From Trypanosoma brucei (Eukaryota): a DNA stretch of 64,000 nt. The stretch covers positions 1,088,001 through 1,152,000 of the forward strand of contig CH464491.1 in assembly GCA_000002445.1 (NCBI GenBank), given 5' to 3'. The notes under the pieces are model-generated. The model saw only the letters and a list, made by a program, of their open reading frames with translations. It ran no database searches and was not told where the DNA came from. A program made the position numbers and the translations under genes. This document shows, one piece after another, positions 9,823 through 20,300 of the stretch (position 1 is the stretch's first letter; each line of letters opens with the position of its first letter).

Positions 9823-11721
9823 TCAAGGGTACAATATGAAAGGGTCTGGGGCCTGGCTGGAACAAACTACAACCAAGCGTGTTGCATGAGTGTGCCTTAA
9901 TCGTGTGTGATTCAATATGGCAATCAACGAAGGGTAGGGTAGAAGAGGAATTGAAGTAATCATGCGCATTAATGTATTTTTAGTGCGCATTATGCGTGCT
10001 TTTGTAGCCGCTATTCGATTCTCTCCGCTGTATGACAAACTTTTTACTCCTGGGCGTTCCCTATTTGTTGCAACCACCTTTGGTGTCTCTTATCATCAAG
10101 GATATTAACGCCCGCTGCCACCTCACCTCTGTCCTTTCTTCATGTTTACTTGTTTCGATAAGGTCACGTATACATGAGTTATTCTTGAGGGACTAGGGCA
10201 CAATGAAGTAAGTTTTTACCTTCTTGGGGTCGCCGTTTTCCACCTCATATGAAGGAGCGTGTAGAAGTTCCGTGGAATGTATCCTGGGTACCCGCCACCG
10301 CTGTTAGGTCGGCACACGGAAATATATATATATATATATGAATTGGGTCGCTTCATCACTTGTTGTGGGTTTGTCCCTTATCTTGTGGTTAAAGTTTATT
10401 TCCCGCTAATCATTAGACGTGACTTACGCGATTTGGTGGAAGGTTGTGCCGTGTTCCTTTACACTATTTGGTGTAGTGCAGTATGCCGTATGCCAGGGGC
10501 AAGCTGCTTAGCGTTGGCTTCTTACGAAAGGAGTCCCTGGCGATGCCGGCCACCTCAACGTGGTGCCAGGGTCCAGTACCCCGTATCATCGGGGGAAGCC
10601 AAGAGCCAGCAGCGTTCCTTTCATGGGGAACAATGCTTTGCACCGGCTACGGCATCATACAGCACAGGGATCAGCAGCGTCTTGCTGGGACACCGTTTTT
10701 CATTTGTCGGTCCCTGGGCACGTGCCAGCGTGCCATCAGCAGTATCATCCGCACTAAGATGCTGCTGTCCGGTGATGTGGACCTCCGAAAAAAAAAAGGA
10801 TTGCCAATTGACATCTTTGGGAGAGTCCGGGGCGGGAGGCTTCTCGCCCCATCTGCTGTATTCCGTTCATATGCGGAAATACAACAAAAATTATAGAGGG
10901 TGTGTTAGGATGAATGAAAAAGGGAGACTCTGCCACAGTCGCCAGACCGATAGCATCTCAGGGCTCTACGGTGATGGCTGATGGCCGCGCCAGTGGGGGG
11001 AAACTCCCACGAAGGCACGAAGAAAATTCTAAAAAAAAAAATACGAAAGGAGTATTATTTTCCTCTCCCTGAGTAACGCTTCCTGTTGGGCCAACAACTC
11101 CCTTATGTAAACCCCCATGCGCGTTTTGGTTGGGTTTATCAGCTATTATGAAGCGGTGTGGCGTGTGTGTGTTGGTTTGGCCCTTCAAGTGACGCATTTG
11201 GTGTAGGGAACCGATGCGGTGGCTCGTTTTTTCCTAAATGAATTGAGGAGGGACAAACTGACTGGAATGAAAGGGGGGATGAATTATTGCGGGAATGCAG
11301 CCTGTCTCGTTAAATGTAAGGTGTAATGCCGCTTGTAAGGCTGAATTTTAAATTTGGGTGTCTCGGGTCATTTTTCGTAAATTTAAACTTAGTGTCTACC
11401 GTGGGAATACATGTTTAATGATTTTATTTGACTCCCACCATTATCGTATGTGGAGTGGAGGGGGGGGGGTGAATGTGCCGTGTTCTTTTCCGTGACGTTG
11501 ATTCATTCTTTGCCAGTCGATCTAAACACAATTTATTATTACCTTGCATACGTTGCTTGGCGGTATGTAGGTGATGAGGACAGAAGGGCTCGTGGCTGTT
11601 GGATTATTCTTTCTTCCCCCCTCTGGACATGCTTCATGTTATATTTCCGGTGGCAATTTCGACAAGATTTAACGTTTCACGTTGTCTTCCCTTGTGTCGC
11701 ATCTAGTTTTCAGCGTGTTTG

Positions 11722-12450
11722 ATGCCCTGTAATGAACAGACCTCTCATAAACCGAAGCCCAACCAGCTCGTGGATGGTGGACAGATGAAGGTGTTAAGTG
11801 CAGGGGAGCAGGTACTTGTGCTGAGACATCTCTCAAGGACTTATCGCTTAGGTGTTGCACTTGTTCGAGTGCTAGCGGCACTGCAGTTGCTGCTGGCTTT
11901 TTTGTATATATGTTTAATAATTGTAGGCTACCCGCTGGTAGTGGTTGATTTAAATGATAATATGTCAAATACCTCGGCATCCCCAACGAAACCAGGCGCT
12001 CTTTCCCGTGGGGGTACCGCAGCCATTACCATATCGGCCGTTCTTTTGGCCGTTGCGGGCCTCTCTGATATACGGTCGTGCCGTGGAGTACTTTACGTGC
12101 ATCCTTCACTACCTGATATTGGTAGCCATACAAACAATTTTCCTCGCACCACGCAAACCAGGCATGTGGAAGGGAATACCGATTCCTTTTCTGATATCTC
12201 TCCACGATATCAGTTTGTGATTGCTCTTTTGTCGCTATTACCGACTACCTATTGGCTCTTTACAATGGTTTCATACCGCTGGCACTTGGCACAGAAGGGT
12301 GCATTGTTGTTTGGATTTGTAGAGAACTGGCGAGAACTGTTGATAGTTATATGGCAACCTGTGGGGCATACAATATTTGGAATGTTGCTTGCCTCAATGG
12401 TTTCAGCCAAGGAAGACCTGATCGGCTTGGCGCATATGAAGTACGAGTAA
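11722..12450 (+). CDS. Hypothetical small polytopic membrane protein (about 4 predicted TM segments)
   Basis: The track start at 11719 is TTG, and the ATG is at 11722. There are four hydrophobic stretches (LAALQLLLAFLYICLIIVGYPLVVV, AAITISAVLLAVAGL, FVIALLSLLPTTYWLFTMV, LIVIWQPVGHTIFGMLLASMV). Confidence 0.4.
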   Translation: MPCNEQTSHKPKPNQLVDGGQMKVLSAGEQVLVLRHLSRTYRLGVALVRVLAALQLLLAFLYICLIIVGYPLVVVDLNDNMSNTSASPTKPGALSRGGTAAITISAVLLAVAGLSDIRSCRGVLYVHPSLPDIGSHTNNFPRTTQTRHVEGNTDSFSDISPRYQFVIALLSLLPTTYWLFTMVSYRWHLAQKGALLFGFVENWRELLIVIWQPVGHTIFGMLLASMVSAKEDLIGLAHMKYE

Positions 12451-13036
12451 CAGGAGTGTTCATGTTATAAAGCGGTATCCGCAGCGCGAATCATGCGCAC
12501 CAGCGGGGGAGGGGAGGGGACGAACCAAATAAGTGGCGGTTTGGCGATGGGGCCGGTGGGCCCATTTACTCGTAGGGAGTGGAAGGGGTAAATCACGCAC
12601 ATGCTTCTCTCGACCTTTACACAGCTATTTGAAGACAAAAAAAAACTCGCCCTCTCAGGTACACGAGCAAAGATGTGTGTACACATGTACTAGTGCCTTC
12701 TTTTTTTTTTAAATTCAGAACACACTATTTGGTTGTTACTGACTGCTTTTCCCCACATAAATGGTAGAGTTTGCCATTGTCCATGTTGTTCATTGCAACT
12801 GCGCCTATTAAGGAACCGCCTGTTTGCGGTATGCCCATCCATAAAAGTGAGTCGTTTCGTATTCCTCATGCATGGGGTGCCTCTTTGCATTTTTGTGCAT
12901 CAGTATTTTCAGTTAATTCCTCGACTTTCTAACCATTGTAAAATTGGGTAAGCATATATGAATATAAACATTTATTTCCCCCTATTCTCTTGGAGGTGAA
13001 GACTTGGACTGACTTCGTTGGACATAATTTGACAGC

Positions 13037-14101
13037 ATGGGGCACTCGAAGGAAACTGGCAGAAGGGTAAAGAAGGCCAAATGGAAGAAACAGGAGGGAT
13101 CGCGAGTCGTAGAAAAGCAGACGAACCATACTGTAAAGAACGGCCAAGAAAAGAGCAAGAAGTCGTCACAAGGGAATGTTGATGACCGGTACGTTGTAGT
13201 GATCACAAATGTGGAAAATGACTTCGCAAAGGTACACCGGGAGGCCTTTCCCCGCTTCTGCTGCCTGGACAAGAAATTCGAACGTGGATGTTCTTCTCCC
13301 TCCTGTGAAATGGAAAGGAGAACGGGTACCACATCAGATGCATCGCAGGGGCGTGCTCAGTGTCACTACACCGTGTCGGCTCGCACCGAGACTCGGTCAG
13401 TGGAGATAGCGATATACGGTAAAGCTGATGGTAATGTTTCAACCGTGTTTACTCCTGTTCCCGGGAAGCATGCAGCGACTCTTAATGGAGGTAAGAAAAG
13501 TGATGACAGTGCTCCCGTCGCGAAAGCCAAGGGCAAGGAAAGGCATAAACGGGAGGTCGAAGATGACACAATAGTGGAATGTGTCTACGGCCTAACCGGT
13601 AGCGGCACGCGCTTCGACACTCTTGAAGATATGGTCACGAGCCTTTCTCGGAAGCCGTACTTTACGCACCCTCCGAAATTCTTATTAAATATAGCGGGTA
13701 ATGAAGATGGTGCAATTCTGAAGTCACCAAAGGGCATGAAGCGGTCACGTGAAAGCGGGGAAGGGGAACACTCGCAGTCTACACCTTCAGTTGGAGGAGA
13801 ATTGCGCCAGTCGACGGTGCGTCAGTCGGAAATGGTGACAGCTTCCGCCGCCACTTCTTCACGTATCGGTGCGAAGGAACTTCGACAGCAGTTGAAGGAC
13901 ATTCCTGGCTTCGTGACGTGCTGGGCGCTGTACCAGCAACATTTCCGTTTGGTGTTTGTGTCGAAGGCGGCACTATTTAAGGCCAAGCACCTTCTGGATC
14001 AGTTTGAAGTGGATGGCAGCGTCCGCGTATCAATAACACTGCCGGATAGTGCAGCGAAAGAGTTTGTCAACCAACTTTCTGCGGAAGAGAACACCATATA
14101 G
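13037..14101 (+). CDS. Hypothetical protein, lysine-rich N-terminus
   Basis: ATG at 13037 verified. The ORF is 354 aa. Its N-terminus is K-rich and basic (KKAKWKKQEGSRVVEKQ...). No recognisable catalytic motif. Confidence 0.45.
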   Translation: MGHSKETGRRVKKAKWKKQEGSRVVEKQTNHTVKNGQEKSKKSSQGNVDDRYVVVITNVENDFAKVHREAFPRFCCLDKKFERGCSSPSCEMERRTGTTSDASQGRAQCHYTVSARTETRSVEIAIYGKADGNVSTVFTPVPGKHAATLNGGKKSDDSAPVAKAKGKERHKREVEDDTIVECVYGLTGSGTRFDTLEDMVTSLSRKPYFTHPPKFLLNIAGNEDGAILKSPKGMKRSRESGEGEHSQSTPSVGGELRQSTVRQSEMVTASAATSSRIGAKELRQQLKDIPGFVTCWALYQQHFRLVFVSKAALFKAKHLLDQFEVDGSVRVSITLPDSAAKEFVNQLSAEENTI

Positions 14102-14754
14102 CTGGATTAGTGTAAGTTAACTTCTTATGTGAGAGAGCGCAACCATCTGAATGAAACGCGATAGGAAAATATGTTCTGTGATCGCGTTGTGCAAGGGGAT
14201 GGAGAGCATTAACGGGCCTGTTCATATTCTGGTCGGATGTTGAGGCAATCTAAACTGGCCAACGGTTTCACGGTCTGCTGCTGGGTGAAACGAAGCACAA
14301 ACGACAGAACCAACGCAAGATAGGAACCGTTCCTCCCCCTGCTGCAGTATAGGGCGAGTGAAGATGAACAGGGAATGTGGTTTGTCTGTTGTTTACTCCG
14401 GTGCTGCGTCTTTGGTTGTGCTATACAAGCACAGGTGTGTGTGTGTGTGGAAGGGAACTGCTGGGTGAGTGTTGTGGAAGCCATTGTGCGGATGTTTGCG
14501 TCACCATTTGGTTTCCCCATTAATCGTTAACTAAGCGCAAACTGAATAATGACTTTGTCCACCCTTTACCTTTGTGAACAAGTATTTCCCTCTTTTTCCC
14601 CCTTCCTGCACTGCATTTGGTGGAATAGGGTGAGGAAAGGGATCACATTGGATGGAGGACGCGCAGGTAAGGGGTCTCTAACTTTTCCGTAAAGAAAAAA
14701 CTTTCCAGCAACAACGTTTGTGATATACCCATTGGTCTAATATCTCTTTTTTCA

Positions 14755-14886
14755 TTCTTTTGTCTTTCTCACTTTAACTTTTTTTTGTTGTAAATGTTTC
14801 GTCGTTTATAGTCGTGGTGCAGAGATTCAGGGAAAGAGTGATTGAGCTGGTTTCCCTATTTTTTTGTCGTGATATTACCCTTACAG
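14755..14886 (+). promoter_or_regulatory. Polypyrimidine tract plus AG: candidate trans-splice acceptor region for the 15039 gene
   Basis: T/C-rich runs (ttttttcattcttttgtctttctcactttaacttttttttgttg ... ccctatttttttgtcgtgatattacccttacag) end in AG at about 14885, upstream of the first ATG. Confidence 0.5.
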
Positions 14887-15038
14887 GGTGTACCATTTGA
14901 TTATTGCGATCGGCAGTGGGGGAGTCAACTCCAGCGGCGGTCAGACAAGAAAGAACCAACCCGTGGAGAGACAAAGGGAATAGGAGTGAAGAGAGAGCGA
15001 AACACCGAAAGCTTTTGGTACCGCCGAAGTCAAACGGA

Positions 15039-16427
15039 ATGGCCCGTCGGCAACGTGTCCCCCGCATAAAGGAACACCGCAAGAAACGGAATAAGAATCC
15101 AAAATTGTCGCCCTACCAGCGTGAGCTACGGCGAACGAAGCTCGCCAATCAACCACCCATCATGAAAGCCAATGGGCGGGATTGTTCGATTAGCCAGCGG
15201 TCCCTTAGTCAATATCTTGCGGAAAGACATGAACGAGAACAACAGCGCAAACAACGGCGACGCGAAAAGGTGGCGGAGGCGGCGGCAGCGGCAGCATCGG
15301 CGAGTGAAGGACCCGGTGGTGTCGGCACCCCCATTGGCAGTGACTCCACTTCCCTTTCCTCTCCTCCTTTAGTGAACAATGGAAACCTCAGTGATGGCTT
15401 GGGAGAACGCAACAAAAAATCAAAGGTGCTAAAGTTAGCCGCAAAACGAGTTCTCACGGCGGAAAAAGCAGACTCCGGGGTGACTGTTGACACTAAGGCG
15501 GCACCCGTACCTCTCAACGAACAGATTGCTGCGACGCTGGCGCGCCCGGTGCTTGCATTTCGCACTCGCGATGGGAGTGGGGCGGAGAGCATCACAGATG
15601 ATAGCAAGGAGTCCATCATTGCCAGGAAGAAAGAGAAGAAACATCGCAAGAAGGTGGAGGCTAGGCGGGAGCGACTGCAGGCAAAGTTGCAGGAGATGGA
15701 GAAGCAGCTAGCCGATGAGGTGCTCTCCACAAAAGGAGGTAAGAAACGAAGGAGAGCTGACCCCGTCGATGCGAAAGACATTGCATACGAAAGGATGCTG
15801 AGGAAGATGCAAAAGGAGAAAGCAGCGACTGAGGCGGCGGAGAAACGTGCGGCAGGCAAGAAAGGCAAGAAGACGGTTGATAGCAACAACTTAGATGGAG
15901 TGAAGGAGAGCCGCAAACGAATCAGTTTTGATGATGGTATCTCTGGTACCGAAACAGGTGATGGGCCGCATAGGCCTATGCGCTACCCGAAGGATAAAGG
16001 TGAGGATCAACCTCGTGATTTCTGTGAGTTGGTGGATGTTGTTCGTTATGGGGAACGTGTAGAAGCGCCACCGGTCTTCGACACGGTGCCAAGCCGCAAT
16101 GCTTCCATTACGCGGCTTGCAAGCCGACTGGACCAATCTTCACAGCGCAGTGCGAAGGGGGCAGCGAAAGGTCCACAGTCAGAGCGACTGCGATTGCTTT
16201 CTTCTGTTGGCGGCATGGGTGAGCAAAGGCGGTTGGAGCGTTTAGGATTTGTTCCCGCTGACGGGAGCACCAAAGTAACGCGTGGATCGGGGCAAGCGTT
16301 GTCCAAGGAGGAGGAGATGGAAAGATTGCGATTGAGCGTAGTGGAAGCTTACAGGCGAAATAAGCGTGTTGCTTTGGAGGCGCGAAACGGGACGGATATG
16401 CGTCACCAATTTCCACTTTTCTCCTGA
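15039..16427 (+). CDS. Hypothetical highly basic K/R/E-rich coiled-coil protein (nucleolar/ribosome-biogenesis-like composition)
   Basis: The track start at 14904 is TTG, and the first in-frame ATG is at 15039 (MARRQRVPRIKEHRKKRNK...). A polypyrimidine tract plus AG at about 14860-14886 fits a trans-splice acceptor upstream. A KKEKKHRKKVEARRERLQAKLQEMEKQL coiled-coil segment is present. Confidence 0.5.
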   Translation: MARRQRVPRIKEHRKKRNKNPKLSPYQRELRRTKLANQPPIMKANGRDCSISQRSLSQYLAERHEREQQRKQRRREKVAEAAAAAASASEGPGGVGTPIGSDSTSLSSPPLVNNGNLSDGLGERNKKSKVLKLAAKRVLTAEKADSGVTVDTKAAPVPLNEQIAATLARPVLAFRTRDGSGAESITDDSKESIIARKKEKKHRKKVEARRERLQAKLQEMEKQLADEVLSTKGGKKRRRADPVDAKDIAYERMLRKMQKEKAATEAAEKRAAGKKGKKTVDSNNLDGVKESRKRISFDDGISGTETGDGPHRPMRYPKDKGEDQPRDFCELVDVVRYGERVEAPPVFDTVPSRNASITRLASRLDQSSQRSAKGAAKGPQSERLRLLSSVGGMGEQRRLERLGFVPADGSTKVTRGSGQALSKEEEMERLRLSVVEAYRRNKRVALEARNGTDMRHQFPLFS

Positions 16428-17007
16428 GAATGCCGCTTTTTCCCATGCTGTTCTCGTGTTGATGTTAACGTCTGTTATAACTTTAATTGTACGTTGAAAG
16501 GATTTGCGACGGTAGCAATCTTCTGCATAGGCACTACGGCAGTTTCAAAACGTTTAATGGATATAAGTATTAAGTCAATTCCACGTGAGAGGACGTATGT
16601 TTGCCTGGAAAAAAGAATCAAGAGAATGGCATGAAAACGGAGGGTATGTGTAAGTGAGGCCTGTGATGTGGGACCATGGGGGCGAGTGAGGGGATACATG
16701 ACGGGGTTGAGAAGCGCGGTGACTCAGTCAAACGAGTAGGAATAACTCGACTCTTTCTTTCTTCATCTCTTGTTTACGCAAGTGTTGTTATTATATGCGC
16801 GAGTTGGGAAGTGATGTCTGCCTTTTTGTGGCGGCAATTGAGTATTACGCATTTCTTTCCGTATTCACTACACTTCTCACTTGCCTGCTGAGTGGTTAAT
16901 CCCGCCCCGACGTGTTGTTGCCGTGTCCTACGCTATTGTTAACCTCATCAGTGGTTGAACGTACGAACACGCACTTTTTGACAGAACGTAAAGTGTCAGA
17001 TGACAGT

Positions 17008-17025
17008 AATAATAATAATAATAAT
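17008..17025. repeat. (AAT)n microsatellite
   Basis: The sequence reads taataataataataataa. Confidence 0.85.
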
Positions 17026-17341
17026 GATCTTTCTTCCCTCATTTACCAACTGTATATCTACGAGCAGCTCTCTCATGTTTTCTTCAAACCGAATTTATTT
17101 TCTAAAATACGCGCGGCAAGGGAAGGAATTGTAAGTTAAGGGAGGACGGAGGCACCCGTAACACATATAACTGAAGTTGTGAAGGTGGTTGGTGGGAGGA
17201 AGTTTCTCGAACTTTTTTTTTTAAAAAGTAAAGAACAAGGGGGTGCCATTTGATTTCGGGTGCAAAGCACCAATATTTTTTCTCGGGCTTTGGTTACGGC
17301 ATTAACACACAACTGAGCTATTGAAACCTTTGAAGTTCGTG

Positions 17342-20300
17342 ATGGGGCAGCGCTGGCACGACATTCTTATCGCGGGTGATGAAGGTGACCGTTCCTTTAG
17401 TGATGCCGCCCCTTTCGTGGTTGAGGCGCTGGAGATAATATTTCACACCCGGCTGTTACATTCCGGCGTCGGTGTGGAGTGCGACAGCGCGGAGCTCTCA
17501 ACCATCAAAGATGATCACTTGGCGTTTAGGGTTGCACGTAAGGATGTTGAGGCGCTGCGTGGAATGATGGCAACACTTTTGGAGTCCGCCCACGATTCAC
17601 TCTTGACTCTGCAGGCTGCAGACATTTTACCCGACGATTCTGCGGAGAATGCAGTCAATCCTGGTCGTTCCTTATTATCTTGTGACAGAGGTCTCGTTTC
17701 TCCCCGCATCTTGAAGTTAAATCCGTTTCTACGGTCACACCCGACCTTTGACTATAAGGTTTTTCGTGCCAAATTTGAGCGACTCTGTCAAATAGTTGCT
17801 GACGCTCGACTCTTCTCAGCTTGTGAACCGCGGGTTAAGATCCTGCAGAGTCGATATCGGTTGTATCGCGCCTTTAATATGAGGCGAGAAGAACATTTCC
17901 ATCCCACGCTTGGCCCTGGGAATCTCAGGCGTGCCCCCAAGACTGACGTGCGGCGGGTAGGGACATGCATGTCGGCATCATCAGTGGTGGATTTTGTGCA
18001 GAAAACAGTGTCCAATGAGCCAAACCTCGTGCTATCTACCTCAAGCGTGCTTTCCACTGCAACCGACAAGGGCAGAGCCCGCAATCCAATAGGCAGGGGT
18101 TTTACCTCGGAGGTGCAACTGGCGGTACCTCAGCAAACATTTAGCATGCCAACCAAGGATAGTGGCACTCATGACTCTACAGGCGAGCGGACTGTTACGT
18201 TGAAGGCACTTGCTGACGCCTTCTTTGGACCTTCTCTTCCGCCGCAGGATCGGGTCTTCACAATGGAGGGATTGGGACTTCGTTTGAGCAGTTCCAAAAC
18301 AACGTCGCACACGGTTGACATTCTTGAGGCACGTAATGAGCACCATACTGCTGCAAATGCGGTTCCGATCCTGCGACAATTCCTTGACGTTTATAGTGGC
18401 AATGGGGGTGCACTGCTCGGTCGTCTTGTGACGCCGATGATTTCTCGGATATCTCGGAATAAGAAGGATGTGTTGGAGGTTGAATTCACAGTCACTGGCC
18501 ACCGTCCAGGTGAGGTGCAACACATCGCATCTTGGTGTGTTCGCACTGGTTTTTTCGCCTCAGGGGGGAATTGGCCCTCCCTTCGTATCACCATGCGCCC
18601 GTCCGCCGGCGACGGTGGCGAGTGCACGGCAAAAAGCATGGAGGATGTATTGAAACATATATTTGAACCGATTTGGCTCGCACTCCTTTGCCCTGAAAAA
18701 TATCCGGATGTTGCACAACTCTTTCGGCGTCTTGTTTCTGTTTCTGTACTCGTCAGTGGCGAAGCAGGTGTGCAGGAGATGCCCACCGAGGGTGACCCGG
18801 CCATGTACTCCGTGGAGAAGGGTGACATGCCACCTAGTTCGTTTTTCATCTATCACGTTTGGCGCAATGTGCAGCTTTTGAATTGCTTCATCGCGACGCA
18901 TGTCGTTTCTTCCCTGTCGGCGAAAGAGCCCCCTACGTCCACCACAGAGGATGTGAAGGTGGAATTCGGCAACAGTACTGCGCACCCCTCCCACGTACAA
19001 CGGCCCCTGTTCCAGCGCTACGAACCCCTTAAGCGCCAACCACTTCGCTTTCGCCTCTACACATCCGGCACGCGTAAGAAAACGTTCGTCGAAACTGTCA
19101 TTGGTTTACTTGTCACGGACCAGGTGGTTGGCCCTCTGGAGGTCCTTGCATGGAGTTCACTTACGTATTTCTACTATCTAACACAACGTAGCATTGTTGT
19201 GACACCTTACCACACCTACGACAGCACTCCGTACTCGATGCTAAAGCGTGCTATTCCTTTTGCAGTTGAAACAGGACTACGGGTGTCGGTTTCTACAATT
19301 GACCCTCTTTACTTCCACACAAACGAAGAGGCACTGAACGAAGAACTTAACGGTATCATGAAGATCCATCAGGTGAGTACGCCTGAGGTTATGGAGATTT
19401 GTCTCAACTCGGCGGGGTACATCAACTTTGATATTGAGAAGAGGTGTAAGTTTATTGGTGGGCCGTGGCGACGCGTGAGTGCGCAGAACAACAACTTTAC
19501 GGTGACACAGGTGAATTCCCTACGACTGCGCTTTCGTGAGTTGTCTCTCACTCATGAAATGGATCTCTTGTTTCGCAAGGGACTTACTAAGTGGGGCGGA
19601 CACAGCGAAAGCAAGAGACTTTCTGAGGATTTTTTGGTGCATGGTGGTTGGTCGTTACTGGCAACGGGGTCCTCTGCCTCTACCTCAGCGGAGAGACGCC
19701 GGGAGAACCTTTGGCGTTTCTTCGATATTCCACCGCTTCCGGAGAAAGTATCCGGGGCAATGACAATGCCCGGCAGCGGAAGGCGGCTATTTGTGGACAA
19801 ATTGATCAAATTCCCACGCATTGTCGTATTGGGACCGCGAGGTAGAAAAAGAAGTGAAGCACGGTGTGTGGTGGAGGCGCTTCAGCGGCGTGAGTACTAT
19901 AAAGCTTTTACTGTCCATTACGAACTAGCGGCCCCGTTGGCTTCACTGGCAGGTACTGCGGGGGTGGAGGCTTTACTCGCGTCTCAAAGGTCCAGCAGGT
20001 CAAGTGGTCGCGGCTTCACTTCTACGGAAAAGTGGCGGGAGCATCACGATAAGGGGGAGCAAACTCAGCAACCGTCCACGCGAGCGTCCGGTAACATTTC
20101 GTCATCGATTCGTTCATTTTCCTCCCCTGTGGTACGAGAGCAAGGGGTGACAGTCCCCACGACCTTTTGCTTTCGTGATGGGGTGAGGGACGTTGTGGTT
20201 CCTGCAAACGCGAATGCGACAACAAAAGAGTACTTTCGGCCTCTTCCGTCCTGGGCTAAGTTTCAGGCTGACGCAAGACAGTTAAGGGCCCTATCGAGTG

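Noticed and set aside
10277-10981. 234-aa ORF starting at a non-ATG codon, containing a (TA)n tract in frame
   Set aside because: It translates the microsatellite at 10322-10339, and its start is not ATG. Only the nested ATG-initiated 10483-10896 ORF is retained as a low-confidence candidate in the findings.
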